In this document: positions 29,043-39,807 of the stretch, in pieces
How positions within the stretch are numbered: the first letter of the stretch is position 1
How the letters are laid out: every line of letters starts with the position of its first letter
NCBI GenBank assembly: GCA_021463465.1
Contig: JAJTYH010000002.1
Span: 73,799 to 137,798 of the forward strand
From: a bacterium
Lineage (GTDB): Bacteria > Patescibacteriota > Dojkabacteria > SC72
Direction: 5' to 3'
DNA: 64,000 bases
Notes under the pieces: generated by a model
Told to the model about the DNA's origin: nothing
What the model saw: only the letters and a program-made list of their open reading frames with translations
The model's database searches: none
Made by a program: the position numbers and the translations under genes

Positions 29043-30192
29043 CAATAGAATGAAGCATTTACTGCTCGCAATTTTAATAATCTTCCTATCTCCATACATA
29101 TTCCTTATCACTCCCAAAACATATGCTCAAGAGTCGGAAGTCGCACAAGTTTTAAATAATATTGAAGACGAGCGCAACAAAAAACTGGAAGAACAGCTCG
29201 GTTTAACACTTCCGTTTGAGACTGATAATCCTAACCATATCATTACCTTCAAAGACCCATCAGGCAAAGGAATCAAGCTTGAGATTGACGGTCAAGGCTT
29301 TAAAACTGTCAAAAGCCCTTACACTTTACCGTCCCTTGGTATTGGTAGCCACATCTTAACATTCCGATTCACTGATAAGGAAGAAACCAGCCAGACTTTG
29401 GAAAAAGATTTAGTAGTAGTACCAAGACCACCAGTAATAAGTGCTCCAGAAAATATCACTAAATCAGAAATCACCATAAAAGGAACTGCATTGGCAGGCT
29501 CAACTGTCGAGATTTTCTTAGCTGGCGATACACTTAATTTTAAAACCGATGCCCAAGTAGGAGCTGACGGTACTTGGTCTCATAAATTCACTGAAGAATT
29601 CAAATACACAGTTTACACTTTAATTGCGAGAACAAAGAAAAACGGCTTCTCAAGCAATCTTTCAGAACCAGTGGTATTTGAAATTAGCCTAGGAGATAGC
29701 GGCCAAATTACCACAAAGACTCCACAACCTATCTACTTCAACTTCACTGACATTAATGCCAATAATGCTTTGTCAGTACTAAAGAATAACCCTCATCTCG
29801 TACTTTTAGCGGCACTCTCTGCCATTTTAGGTGGACTCCTTACCTGGATACTCGAGGGCGCATCAAGTCGCAAAATCAATAAGACCGCTGAGGGTAAATT
29901 CATTAAGCTTCTAAGTGAGAAAGATACTGAAAAAAAAGGTAAGAAAGTTGATACCAAACAAATCAAAACCGACAAGAAAATGACCCTTAAAGAAAAGTTT
30001 GAAAAGGCGGGCTTCAAGCTACCTCAAGAACACATATCAAAAACTGACTCGATTGATAAATCAATATCCAAAGAAGAGTTCATGGAGGAGTTTAAGAAAG
30101 AGGATCCAGATGATTCCCGAGGTAATGAAACCAAAGGTTCAAGTAAAGACAGAAAGAAAGTATCAGTAAGTCTGACCAGTAAAAAATCCTAA
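29035..30192 (+). CDS. Secreted/membrane protein with Ig-like domains
   Basis: Signal peptide; GTALAGSTVEI...ADGTWS Ig-like motif; TM helix; charged tail. Confidence 0.65.
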   Translation: MINNRMKHLLLAILIIFLSPYIFLITPKTYAQESEVAQVLNNIEDERNKKLEEQLGLTLPFETDNPNHIITFKDPSGKGIKLEIDGQGFKTVKSPYTLPSLGIGSHILTFRFTDKEETSQTLEKDLVVVPRPPVISAPENITKSEITIKGTALAGSTVEIFLAGDTLNFKTDAQVGADGTWSHKFTEEFKYTVYTLIARTKKNGFSSNLSEPVVFEISLGDSGQITTKTPQPIYFNFTDINANNALSVLKNNPHLVLLAALSAILGGLLTWILEGASSRKINKTAEGKFIKLLSEKDTEKKGKKVDTKQIKTDKKMTLKEKFEKAGFKLPQEHISKTDSIDKSISKEEFMEEFKKEDPDDSRGNETKGSSKDRKKVSVSLTSKKS

Positions 30193-30506
30193 GTCAATTT
30201 TATCATAAGCGTTGCCGACCTTGGGTCATCATCCGTTGCGGCATATGGCCTGATTGATTCAGCCCTACTCATTTCATGTGAATTAAGAGTTGAAGTGACA
30301 TCATCTTCTCTTACTATCACACCTCCTTTTGCCAAAAGATATAAAGCACTACTTACATTTCCTTTACCTTCTACAATGTTATTAAATATTTCTTTATCAT
30401 TTACCAATTCATAGCCCTTTATTTTCAAGGTTTGTATCCTCGCATTAAGCGTATTCATTTGGGATTCCATCTCAAAAGTATGTACGGGTGGAGTTGTGTT
30501 TAGCAT
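30189..30506 (-). CDS. Hypothetical protein
   Basis: 105-aa ORF. Confidence 0.45.
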   Translation of the reverse strand: MLNTTPPVHTFEMESQMNTLNARIQTLKIKGYELVNDKEIFNNIVEGKGNVSSALYLLAKGGVIVREDDVTSTLNSHEMSRAESIRPYAATDDDPRSATLMIKLT

Positions 30507-30537
30507 TACTTTAATTTAGTCTAGAATTATTTGATTC

Positions 30538-30622
30538 TGCCAGGAGAGGGAGTTGAACCCACACCTCTTTAAAGGAGACTACGTTCTGAACGTAGCGTGT
30601 CTGCCAATTTCACCATCCTGGC
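30538..30622 (-). tRNA. tRNA-Leu(CAG)
   Basis: GCCAGGA/TCCTGGC acceptor stem; CTACG-TT CAG AA-CGTAG anticodon arm; long variable arm. Confidence 0.95.
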
Positions 30623-32290
30623 CTACCTTATTATCCAGTTCGTTACATTACTGAAGCGCTGTTGAGGAGACTGTACTGATGTACCATCGAATCCTTCAAC
30701 ATCTGTGCGTATTATATACGTAAATTTCGGTTCAAACAAAAAGATACCGGGAGCGTCATTTAATAATACCTTTTGAAAGTTTTCATAATTTTCCACTCGG
30801 GTATTCCTATTTAAAACCTGGCGACCACGCTCCAAGTACACATCTACTCGGGTAAACTTGTAACCTGAAATGTTTAGATTAGGATAGTCAATCTTTAATG
30901 AATGCCAAATATTGTATTGGTCTGGGTCAACTGAAATCTCCATTTCATAGAGAATTAGTTCAAAATCCCTAGAAGCTAAAACCTCCTTAGTTATCTGCTC
31001 ATAAGTCTTAGGTACTGGATTGAGCAATACACCCTCTTTTTCATACTGTTCTGACATCCAATCAACTATCCTTTGATTAAACTCATTCTCTAAATATGTA
31101 ATACTAACCGACAGAATCTTGCCATCACTGGAGGTATAGAAACCATTGGTAGCACTCTTGGTATATCCCACCAATTTTAGTTCAATCTCGGCATTCTTAG
31201 GGCTATACTTAATGTAATCTAAATTAGAAAGATACGCCCATGAGTTTGAAGGTAAGGGGCTATCAGAAACCTTAGCATCTAAACCAAGCTCTGAAATCAT
31301 TCTCCCCTTATCCAAAAGATATCCTAGACCTCTCCTGATAGGTGCATTAGCAAATTTAGCATCTCGTGTATTAAAGAAGATGATTTTCTTGCGATATGGA
31401 AGATCAAAAGTATGTTGACTGAATTTCTCTTTATATTCATTAACAAAAGGAACATCATCCCGATCGTAAACGCCTACGCCATCCAACAGATTAGATCTGA
31501 AAGCAAACTCCAATTCCTCCAACGTTGGATAAAATCGAAATTCAAAGAATGACAAATTGACTTTTTCAGGATAGTACGGGCTTCGAGCCAACAGCAATCC
31601 TGTCGTATCGTTCTTTTGCACATAGAAAGGTCCGCTTCCCAAAGGGTTCTGGTTGAACTGTTCAAAGGCATAAGACTCCAACTTGGTATTATTAAGAACA
31701 TGTTTAGGGACCACATATACAGCAATTGTCTCAAAAAAAGTAGCATTTACTTCACTTAACACAAACCTCACAGTGAAGTCATTAACCTTTTCAAAACTCA
31801 CGGTCTCAATACTGCTACCAAATGTATCAACGGAATATTGATTGTAAAGCTCTTTTGCGAAATTAAAAGTGAATACAACATCGTCAGCCGTGACGCTCTT
31901 ACCATCGTGCCATTTCATATCGTTACGCAGTTTGAAGGTATAAACTTTTGAATCCCCAGTCACATCCCAACTAGTGGCAAGTGAAGGCACAGGACTACCT
32001 TGCGCATCTATCTCAATAAATTTGGTAAAAATTAGTTCCTGAACATCTCGATCCACCTGATTACTACTCACATACAAAGGATTTAAGCGGTCGATTCCTC
32101 CTACAACCCCTTCGACAAAACGTGTGTTTTCAGAATTGACCAGATATTTAGCAAAGACTGAGGAGAATAAGAATGTAAAGACTCCTACAGAAATCAAGGT
32201 AAAAAGGAAGATATGGCTTAAAGGAATCAGTGAAATGTAGGTTTTCTTAAGGATTACAGGATAATCCCAGAGCAGATCCCTCAAGCTCAT
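30623..32290 (-). CDS. Peptide ABC transporter substrate-binding protein (family 5)
   Basis: LATSW...YTFKLR..MKWHDG..VTADDVVFT; P.GSGPF. Confidence 0.92.
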   Translation of the reverse strand: MSLRDLLWDYPVILKKTYISLIPLSHIFLFTLISVGVFTFLFSSVFAKYLVNSENTRFVEGVVGGIDRLNPLYVSSNQVDRDVQELIFTKFIEIDAQGSPVPSLATSWDVTGDSKVYTFKLRNDMKWHDGKSVTADDVVFTFNFAKELYNQYSVDTFGSSIETVSFEKVNDFTVRFVLSEVNATFFETIAVYVVPKHVLNNTKLESYAFEQFNQNPLGSGPFYVQKNDTTGLLLARSPYYPEKVNLSFFEFRFYPTLEELEFAFRSNLLDGVGVYDRDDVPFVNEYKEKFSQHTFDLPYRKKIIFFNTRDAKFANAPIRRGLGYLLDKGRMISELGLDAKVSDSPLPSNSWAYLSNLDYIKYSPKNAEIELKLVGYTKSATNGFYTSSDGKILSVSITYLENEFNQRIVDWMSEQYEKEGVLLNPVPKTYEQITKEVLASRDFELILYEMEISVDPDQYNIWHSLKIDYPNLNISGYKFTRVDVYLERGRQVLNRNTRVENYENFQKVLLNDAPGIFLFEPKFTYIIRTDVEGFDGTSVQSPQQRFSNVTNWIIR

Positions 32291-32523
32291 CCTTTTGTGT
32301 ACTTAACTATGATTAAGGAGATCACCGCCATTAAAACGGCAAGAACTATCGTAAAGTAATAAAGAAATTTCTCAAGCCCTCGCTTGGTGCGGAAAACCTC
32401 ACCTCCACCGCCAAAGAGTGAACCTAAACCTTCAGCGCGATTTTGCAAAATCACACAAACAACCAAAACGGTTGAGATTACCACCTCAACCACCATTAAG
32501 ATATTTAAGACATTCTGATCCAT
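32287..32523 (-). CDS. secG: Preprotein translocase subunit SecG
   Basis: ILQ...GLGSLFGG...RGLEKFL; two TM helices. Confidence 0.92.
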   Translation of the reverse strand: MDQNVLNILMVVEVVISTVLVVCVILQNRAEGLGSLFGGGGEVFRTKRGLEKFLYYFTIVLAVLMAVISLIIVKYTKG

Positions 32524-32540
32524 ACAAAGCTGTATCCAAA

Positions 32541-32954
32541 TTATTCCTCACTGGGCTTTTTGAGTGTTTCCATTATAGCACTAATAAGGGAGGCTAGGGC
32601 TAAACTAGTTACCATTACAAGCATTGGGCTCATCTCAAATGACGCAACAGTAACGGCACCAAAATCCATACTCCTTACGACACTTTTAACAATTGAAAGT
32701 CCAGGTACAACTGTATTAAGAAGATAAAAGGTTCCAATTGCAAGTAAAGAAGCACTTAACCAGTACGTAAGTATATTTATATTTACAGTTAAAAATTTCA
32801 ACATAGGTTTATGCATAATCATACTTACAGATAGCCCACCAAATATTAATGACTGATAAATCAAATCTGAAGGGAGTTTAATCCCATTAAAAAAACTGAA
32901 TACAAAAGCTAAAATCAGTATGTTTAGCAAAAAAGAAAAAACTATCTTTTTCAT
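32541..32954 (-). CDS. Four-TM membrane protein (holin-4-like family)
   Basis: Hydrophobic; KPMLKFLTVNINILT signature. Confidence 0.55.
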   Translation of the reverse strand: MKKIVFSFLLNILILAFVFSFFNGIKLPSDLIYQSLIFGGLSVSMIMHKPMLKFLTVNINILTYWLSASLLAIGTFYLLNTVVPGLSIVKSVVRSMDFGAVTVASFEMSPMLVMVTSLALASLISAIMETLKKPSEE

Positions 32955-33020
32955 TTTTTTTGTTTTATGATTAACTTCAGATTCAGTATACTAGTTTTAA
33001 TTAATACATTTCAACAACTT

Positions 33021-34433
33021 ATGAGACTTCCTACACTCGCCAAAATCGTCTGCACAATTGGACCTAGTAGCTGGGATGAAAAGAGTATTAATGCAATGGC
33101 CGTTGAAGGTATGAATGTGGCTCGCATCAATGCCTCTTTCGCCGATTTCGCTGAGTTAGACAGAGTCGCTTCATTAATTCGAAGAGTAGCCCCGAAAACA
33201 ACAATAATGTTGGATAGTATGGGCCATAAGATTAGGGTTACTGGTTTTGAAGAAGATAGAAAGGTTAATGATGGGGACAAAGTAATACTAATGCCTGCTG
33301 GGGACGAGAAACTACTCAAAGGCTATATTGCTACCACTTACTCAAATCTATACAAGTTTGTAAAACCAGGAAACGATATTTTGATTGACGATGGGAACAT
33401 AAGTTTGGAAGTAGTGGAAGTAAAAGGCAAAGAAGTAATTTGCAAGGTTAAAGCTGGTGGAGTAATCAAGCGACGCAAGACAGTCAATGTACCTAATGTC
33501 CACTTAGAATTCCCAGGTTTGAACGATAAAGATCGCGGCGATATCAAATTTGCTGTAGATAACCATTTTGACCTTGTTTCAGCTTCTTTCATCCGTAACC
33601 GTGAAGATGTGATGCTAGTAAAAGAAGTAGTGGGAGACAGTGGCCTGAAAATCTTTTCTAAAGTAGAAGATTGGGAAGGTGTAAAGAACTTTGATGAGAT
33701 TTTAGAAGTTTCAGACGGAATTATGGTAGCAAGAGGGGACATGGGAGTAGAGCTTCCGATTGAGAAAATTCCTATGTTACAAAAGCAGTTTATCAAAAAG
33801 TGTAGAGAGGCTGGGAAACCTGTCATTGTAGCAACTCAGATGTTAGAAAGTATGAAAGATAACATTAGGCCAACTCGAGCAGAAGTTACTGACGTAGCTA
33901 ATGCAGTTTTAGATGGTGCTGATATGCTCATGCTCTCAGCTGAGACATCAACAGGTAAGCACCCTATTGAATCAGTGCGAACCATGTGTACAGTCATCAA
34001 AGAATCACAGAAAATGCATGAGGTAGATATTTTGCACACACGTACAAGCGCGAGTGAAGAAGGAGATGCTCTATGCCGAACAGTAGCAGAGATAACCGAA
34101 GATATCGACATAAAGACAGTGATTGTACTTTCTCGAAGTGGTAGAACTTTAGCAAGTCTAGCCAGACATAGACTTAAAGTTCCAATTTGGGGAGCCACTA
34201 ACAATCCCCTTCTTGCAAGACAATTTAACCTATACTTTGGTACCCACGGTCTTTTGATTCCTTCATTTGCTAGTGAGAAATCTGAAGTAACCAAACAAGT
34301 AGTTGGAGGAGTTTACAGCAAGGGTCATTTGGATTTAGATGACAAAATCGCTATAATCTCGGGCAATCCCGTATATGATAAGTCAAGCAATTCAATATTG
34401 GAGATTGTTACTGCCAAAGAAGCTTTAGGCTAA
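33021..34433 (+). CDS. pyk: Pyruvate kinase
   Basis: KIVCTIGP, DGIMVARGDMGVE, ATQMLESM, PTRAEVTDVANA. Confidence 0.97.
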   Translation: MRLPTLAKIVCTIGPSSWDEKSINAMAVEGMNVARINASFADFAELDRVASLIRRVAPKTTIMLDSMGHKIRVTGFEEDRKVNDGDKVILMPAGDEKLLKGYIATTYSNLYKFVKPGNDILIDDGNISLEVVEVKGKEVICKVKAGGVIKRRKTVNVPNVHLEFPGLNDKDRGDIKFAVDNHFDLVSASFIRNREDVMLVKEVVGDSGLKIFSKVEDWEGVKNFDEILEVSDGIMVARGDMGVELPIEKIPMLQKQFIKKCREAGKPVIVATQMLESMKDNIRPTRAEVTDVANAVLDGADMLMLSAETSTGKHPIESVRTMCTVIKESQKMHEVDILHTRTSASEEGDALCRTVAEITEDIDIKTVIVLSRSGRTLASLARHRLKVPIWGATNNPLLARQFNLYFGTHGLLIPSFASEKSEVTKQVVGGVYSKGHLDLDDKIAIISGNPVYDKSSNSILEIVTAKEALG

Positions 34434-34438
34434 AGCAT

Positions 34439-34515
34439 GGTGACGTAGCCAAGTTGGTTAAGGCAGCAGTCTGCAAAACTGCTATGCACGGGTTCGAATC
34501 CCGTCGTCACCTCCA
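34439..34515 (+). tRNA. tRNA-Cys(GCA)
   Basis: GGTGACG/CGTCACC acceptor stem; GCAGT-CT GCA AA-ACTGC; U73 and CCA. Confidence 0.96.
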
Positions 34516-34517
34516 TG

Positions 34518-37427
34518 TTATCCTTTAGCATTTTCACCCTTCATGTTGAATGCAAAAACTTCTCCCTTTTGATTTTTGAACATTAATTGAAGTTGTAAAA
34601 AATCATCATCGACTTCAATATATCTAAATCTAGGCGGAACGTTTTGCTCAAAGAATTGAGTAACGGCGCTTACATCTTGTTTTTCAATCTCATAATTAAT
34701 TCCTGCAATACTTATAAATCCACCGCTTACTAATTCAGATGTATTCACTCTATATGTCTCTATATCGATTCCAACTTGTGTTTCAACCTCAAACTCCAAT
34801 AGCAAAGTTTGAAACACTTTGTCATCAAATTTATTTGTTATGGAAAGAGCAATGGGCCTACCATTCGTACCTTCAACAACACGCAAAGTATAACTAGGGT
34901 CATTAAGTATATCTGTAGGAGACGATTTAACTCTAAATTTATACTGTTGTCCATCAATATCTGTTGATATAAAGTACTGTGGTTGCCCATTACTACTATC
35001 TTTGACATCAATTCCAATTGCTTTATACTCGACATCGCCATTATAAAAGTCCTTTTTAACAGGAATTCCAATTGAATATATTGAATTCGATCGGATTGTA
35101 CCACTATAATTTCCAATAAATCCGTATGCGGTTTTGGCAAATTCTCTGGATTGGGATATATCAGTTGTATAATTAAGGTTTTCTCTTGAATTAAAAACTA
35201 AGTAAATTGTTCCATCTTCATTTTTTTTAACAAGAGAAAAAGGGTCGGCATATCCAGTCTGTTTGTCATCCATAATACTCCACATTTTACCTTTATTTGT
35301 ATATACACCGTATGATTGAGTATTAAATATCGAGAAAATATCTTCATTAGTTGTTTGTCCCAAAATCTTCTCACGAATCGCTTTAATAACTTCCGCTGGA
35401 TTTTTTTTCATGCATCTATTACATACCTCTTTAAAAAGAGTAATTCTTGCCTGCTCCAAGGGATTTGAGAACTCTATATCCGTTAAAGCAACTGGGTCGC
35501 TTATCATATATTCACTTACTAACGTTTTAAAATGATGGGTAATATGGGAAATTGCAAGATTTCCGATATCGTAAAAATTAAATACATTTAAGAACTTAAT
35601 TTCTTCACTACTTAAAGCTGATTTACTCTTGATATCTTTAAACTTTTTTAACACCCAAAACATGAACTTATTAATTTCAATATCAGTCGCATTTTCAAAA
35701 AATTTAGCTTCAGGATATTCAAAATCAACCAACATATTTCTATAGTTCCTCTGATTCATCCATTTATCCTTGCTAGAGTTAAACATCCACTCTGAAAAGT
35801 ACTGATGATACGATGCTCCTGTCTCAATCCATTTATTAATTACAGCTTCAGCCAAAACAATCTGTAACCTTGCAAGTGCCGTATAATCATCAAGAGTTAC
35901 ATACTTTCTGACTTCTTCCAGGGATAGATTCTGATAAGCATGCTCAAGTTCATGTTGTAACTGCGATACTGAAGTACTTATACTAGTAATCCATTCCAAC
36001 CCCCATGGACTCGGTATTTTTAACAAATCCATTCCACGCATATAATAGTACGACTCAGATTTTTCTAATCGCAGCTCCGATTGTATTTCTTTTAATGAAT
36101 TTACTGCTCCAATGTAAAAGGGAAATATCTCAACCATATCTTTTACATAACGCTTCAGAGCACTTTCACATCCATCCCATCGTTCATCAGTCTCGCATAC
36201 AAACTTTATGTCTACACCAAGACCCTCAAATGAAGGCGAATGTAGTACGGACTCATCGTAAAAGTACTCCATATCTACACTACCAATAGCTATTTGCTCT
36301 AAAAGAATCGATAAATTATCAAGCTTTGACATTAAATTATCACCTGTATTTCCAGGTGATAAATTCCATCTTGCACTAATATCATTTAAATCACGTAAAA
36401 ACTCGACTCCTGAGCTAACACCCATTCTTTCTAACTTATCTGCAACAGCAGCTCGATAAACTCTCAACTCTTTATCTCTCTGATTATCATAACGGCTTAA
36501 TACTGAATTACTTGTTACAAACTTTTCTATCTTTGGTACTAATAGGAGTGATGAAGGAACACCTATTACAAGACCCACCGCTGTTGCTACAGCAGCTGTT
36601 TTCAAAAATTTTTTTCTTGTGGCCGCAATATCATCACACTCTAGAAATGAGTAGGCTTTTGCTTCTTCTGCCTTAATAGATAGTGATAGCAAGCTGTATA
36701 CAGTTAGTAAGTTTGAATACTCATCAGATGATAAGCTGTTATTATTAGCCTTAACTTTTTTGAATAAGTCATTTACAAACGTTATATTTATCATCTCAGG
36801 TTTTATCTTTTGCAAACTGGTCACAATTTGTTTGAAAGAATTACTGTTTAATTCCAAGTCAAAAAAACTACTCTGAAGTACTGATAATACTTGATCGGTT
36901 CCGACTAAACTGAGTTTAGATAAATTATGGTCTATATCTGTGGAGTTTTTTAAAAAGCCTTTAGGAGAAGAAATAATATTTGCGGCTGATTCATCTATTT
37001 CGATAACATATCTATCAAACTCAACCATTGTTGATTCATCCTTCGAATATCTATCCGAATACGAATCTTTAACTACATTAATCTCGACTGTACTAAAAGG
37101 GGTTTGCAGTACATCGTAGGAATTCTTATACTTTTCTGTATGAAATCTGAAAATAGGTGGATCCTTTTCTGAAAAAGAAACATTATACTTTGCAGCAAAC
37201 TCCTTACTATATCTCACTTCAAGTTTTGTAAATACCGGACTGCTTTTTTCATCTCGGGAAACCTCCCAAGGAACTAGGCCTTCCTTCTCCAGCGTTTCCT
37301 GACAATACTTCTCATCTAAAAAATTCAAAAAGTACTCATAAATCCCTTTCAAATTCTGCAATCTTACAACCTCTGGTTCAGATCGATTTTCAAGTGAATC
37401 AGCTACAAACCTTTCTCCCTTATACAT
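34518..37427 (-). CDS. Large hypothetical membrane-anchored protein with HExxH motif
   Basis: 969 aa; one TM helix near aa 280-300; LQHELEHAY. Confidence 0.6.
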   Translation of the reverse strand: MYKGERFVADSLENRSEPEVVRLQNLKGIYEYFLNFLDEKYCQETLEKEGLVPWEVSRDEKSSPVFTKLEVRYSKEFAAKYNVSFSEKDPPIFRFHTEKYKNSYDVLQTPFSTVEINVVKDSYSDRYSKDESTMVEFDRYVIEIDESAANIISSPKGFLKNSTDIDHNLSKLSLVGTDQVLSVLQSSFFDLELNSNSFKQIVTSLQKIKPEMINITFVNDLFKKVKANNNSLSSDEYSNLLTVYSLLSLSIKAEEAKAYSFLECDDIAATRKKFLKTAAVATAVGLVIGVPSSLLLVPKIEKFVTSNSVLSRYDNQRDKELRVYRAAVADKLERMGVSSGVEFLRDLNDISARWNLSPGNTGDNLMSKLDNLSILLEQIAIGSVDMEYFYDESVLHSPSFEGLGVDIKFVCETDERWDGCESALKRYVKDMVEIFPFYIGAVNSLKEIQSELRLEKSESYYYMRGMDLLKIPSPWGLEWITSISTSVSQLQHELEHAYQNLSLEEVRKYVTLDDYTALARLQIVLAEAVINKWIETGASYHQYFSEWMFNSSKDKWMNQRNYRNMLVDFEYPEAKFFENATDIEINKFMFWVLKKFKDIKSKSALSSEEIKFLNVFNFYDIGNLAISHITHHFKTLVSEYMISDPVALTDIEFSNPLEQARITLFKEVCNRCMKKNPAEVIKAIREKILGQTTNEDIFSIFNTQSYGVYTNKGKMWSIMDDKQTGYADPFSLVKKNEDGTIYLVFNSRENLNYTTDISQSREFAKTAYGFIGNYSGTIRSNSIYSIGIPVKKDFYNGDVEYKAIGIDVKDSSNGQPQYFISTDIDGQQYKFRVKSSPTDILNDPSYTLRVVEGTNGRPIALSITNKFDDKVFQTLLLEFEVETQVGIDIETYRVNTSELVSGGFISIAGINYEIEKQDVSAVTQFFEQNVPPRFRYIEVDDDFLQLQLMFKNQKGEVFAFNMKGENAKG

Positions 37428-37485
37428 AAAAACAGTATATTACAACATTGTTAGAGTCTGCAATTTATAATATACTTATTTTTAT

Positions 37486-37569
37486 GCCGGGATGGCGGAA
37501 TAGGCAGACGCGCTGGACTTAAAATCCAGTTCTCGCAAGGGAGTGAGGGTTCGATTCCCTCTCCCGGCA
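37486..37569 (+). tRNA. tRNA-Leu(UAA)
   Basis: GCCGGGA/TCCCGGC acceptor stem; CTGGA-CT TAA AA-TCCAG; long variable arm. Confidence 0.96.
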
Positions 37570-37762
37570 TATATTCCTCCCTTGATGTTATTCAGATAGT
37601 ACGAGCCACATGCAGTACATATTTTTAAAAAAGAACATAGGTTATCAAAAACCTGAAAGATTCCGAAACTGCCACATTACGAAACAAATGTTAGAAGAAG
37701 GGAATTTATAATTTCCAAATACCCAATCGCAGATTCGAGATTCTAACTGTCTATGCTAGATG

Positions 37763-38017
37763 TCAATCTACATCAACAAACTTGTCTAAGTCTTCATTAC
37801 CACACTTTGGACATTTCACCAGTGTATCTTTGCCTTCATATGTATAGTTACATACAGTGCACATTCTGCGTGTCCATCTGATATCTAAATCCTCAGGAGT
37901 GTCTGTTACGGGATTGGGCGCGGGAACTACTGGGACATTACTAGGAGGATTAACTGAGAGAGGGGCACCTACAGGTGGTACAGAGTCGCTACCATCATTT
38001 CCTGATATACTTGCCAT
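37763..38017 (-). CDS. Small rubredoxin-like Zn/Fe-ribbon protein
   Basis: CTVC.Y.Y...CPKCG; Pro-rich N-terminus. Confidence 0.6.
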   Translation of the reverse strand: MASISGNDGSDSVPPVGAPLSVNPPSNVPVVPAPNPVTDTPEDLDIRWTRRMCTVCNYTYEGKDTLVKCPKCGNEDLDKFVDVD

Positions 38018-38585
38018 CTTCTATTAGTTTCAAAATTAAACTAAATGTTTGATACTCATTAATTCTTGAAGTATCTAACACAATATCATTGTACTTCTTT
38101 GGGTTGGAATAATCTATACCGTATAACCTCTCAAATCTGGTTTTATCCTTTTCATAACGTTTCTTAAGATCCTCTAACACTAAACCATAACTTCCACCTA
38201 CTTTTCCTAATTTCCGCTTAACCCTAATTTCAAGATTGCAATCTAACCAAATCTTTACCGTAGTTGAAATTCGATACTTTGAGCTAAAGGCAGCAAATAC
38301 TTTGCTATCAATAAGGATGTTTGGTAAAAAAGAGTATTTCATCAATTTCTTATCCATACTCTTATCCAGCTTTTCCAGCTCAATTTCTGGTGTGTTTTCC
38401 AAAAAAGCCTCGTATGTTTCAAAGCCTTTTGATTTCGCAATATCTCGCATTAAACCGCCGGCGTAAATACGATTAAGTTTAAAATGTGATGCCAACATCT
38501 TAGCAATTGTAGAAGCTCCAGAACCTCCAGGACCACCAACTACCATCAAAATCCCAAGGTTTTTTGGCCTATCACTACTGGACAT
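37995..38585 (-). CDS. cmk: Cytidylate kinase, archaeal-type
   Basis: GGPGGSGAST P-loop; AG.LMR; RF..LYGIDY...DIVLDT. Confidence 0.8.
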   Translation of the reverse strand: MSSSDRPKNLGILMVVGGPGGSGASTIAKMLASHFKLNRIYAGGLMRDIAKSKGFETYEAFLENTPEIELEKLDKSMDKKLMKYSFLPNILIDSKVFAAFSSKYRISTTVKIWLDCNLEIRVKRKLGKVGGSYGLVLEDLKKRYEKDKTRFERLYGIDYSNPKKYNDIVLDTSRINEYQTFSLILKLIEDGKYIRK

Positions 38586-38613
38586 AAATTGATAGTATAT
38601 TAATTAATCACTC

Positions 38614-39807
38614 ATGTACAGAAACAGTAAGGCCCTTAAAAAGAAAGAGAGTGCTTTGTCACAAGGACCAGTAAATCGGACACTTCTTTATATATTCGGA
38701 GGGATGATTCTTCTTGGGGTCATAATGGTTTTTGACGCAAGTGTTTACAAAGCCAGTGAACTATTTGGTGATCCTTTTTATTTCCTCAGACAACATATTA
38801 TTTGGCTAGTCTTAGGCGGTATTGCCGGATTTGCGATGTATACTATCGATTATCGAATACTTTCCAAAATCTCTTTTGCATTCCTTTTGATAATAGTTAT
38901 CTTCTTAATATTTGTCCTAATACTGGGAAACGATATAAACGGTGCTAAACGTTGGTTTGAAATTGCTGGACTTACTTTTCAACCCGCCGAATTTGCTAAA
39001 TTGGCAATGGTAATATATCTAGCCTCAATACTATCAAAGGAACCTGACAGAAAGATAACCAGTAACGAAATGTTACTTCAAGCATTCAAATCACGATTAA
39101 TGACCTTTCTTGCTATACTTATCACGATTGTAGTGCTTGTGATGATGGAACCAGATATGGGTACTACAATGATCATTGGACTCACCTCTTTTCTTATCTT
39201 CTTCATTTCAGGCGAAGACCGAATTCACACAATTGGCTCAATATTAGTAGCAGGAGTGATGGGTATAGCAGGGGTAGCGGCTGCAGTTGTAGCACCTTAC
39301 CGCTTTGAACGAATTCGAACCTTTATGCATCTTTTAACTCAGGGGAAAGTTGACAATCCGACGGGTGAAGGTTATCAAATCAGCCAAATTCTTATTGGAA
39401 TAGGATCAAGTGGTTTTTGGGGGAAAGGTTTCGGACAGAGTAGACAACGCTTTGGATATCTTGTAGAAAACACAGCATTTACTGACTCAATTTTTGCGAT
39501 ACTGCTGGAAGAGTTGGGTTTTGCGAGTGCAATTATGTTAGTAATCTTGTGGTTGGTTGTACTGTGGCAAGGCTTTAAAACCTCAATAATGATCGAAGAT
39601 AAATTCGGCAAACTCTTAGTCGCAGGTATAACTATATGGTTAGTTACCCAAGCTCTTCTTAATATGGCAGCTAATGTAGCTCTTATACCACTTACAGGGA
39701 TTCCACTCCCATTTTTAACCTACGGAGGATCTAACACCATTGTCACGCTGGCGGCAGTTGGACTATTATTAAACGTAACCAGATATGCAAAAACAACAAC
39801 TAAATAA
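38614..39807 (+). CDS. ftsW: SEDS peptidoglycan polymerase FtsW
   Basis: NGAKRW, QPAEFAK, EPDMG, TDSIFA, PLTGIPLPF.TYGG. Confidence 0.92.
   Translation: MYRNSKALKKKESALSQGPVNRTLLYIFGGMILLGVIMVFDASVYKASELFGDPFYFLRQHIIWLVLGGIAGFAMYTIDYRILSKISFAFLLIIVIFLIFVLILGNDINGAKRWFEIAGLTFQPAEFAKLAMVIYLASILSKEPDRKITSNEMLLQAFKSRLMTFLAILITIVVLVMMEPDMGTTMIIGLTSFLIFFISGEDRIHTIGSILVAGVMGIAGVAAAVVAPYRFERIRTFMHLLTQGKVDNPTGEGYQISQILIGIGSSGFWGKGFGQSRQRFGYLVENTAFTDSIFAILLEELGFASAIMLVILWLVVLWQGFKTSIMIEDKFGKLLVAGITIWLVTQALLNMAANVALIPLTGIPLPFLTYGGSNTIVTLAAVGLLLNVTRYAKTTTK

Noticed and set aside
37486-37569. tRNA as an ochre suppressor explaining the internal TAA codons
   Set aside because: The 7-nt loop CU-UAA-AA gives anticodon UAA (reads Leu UUA) on a normal Leu body.
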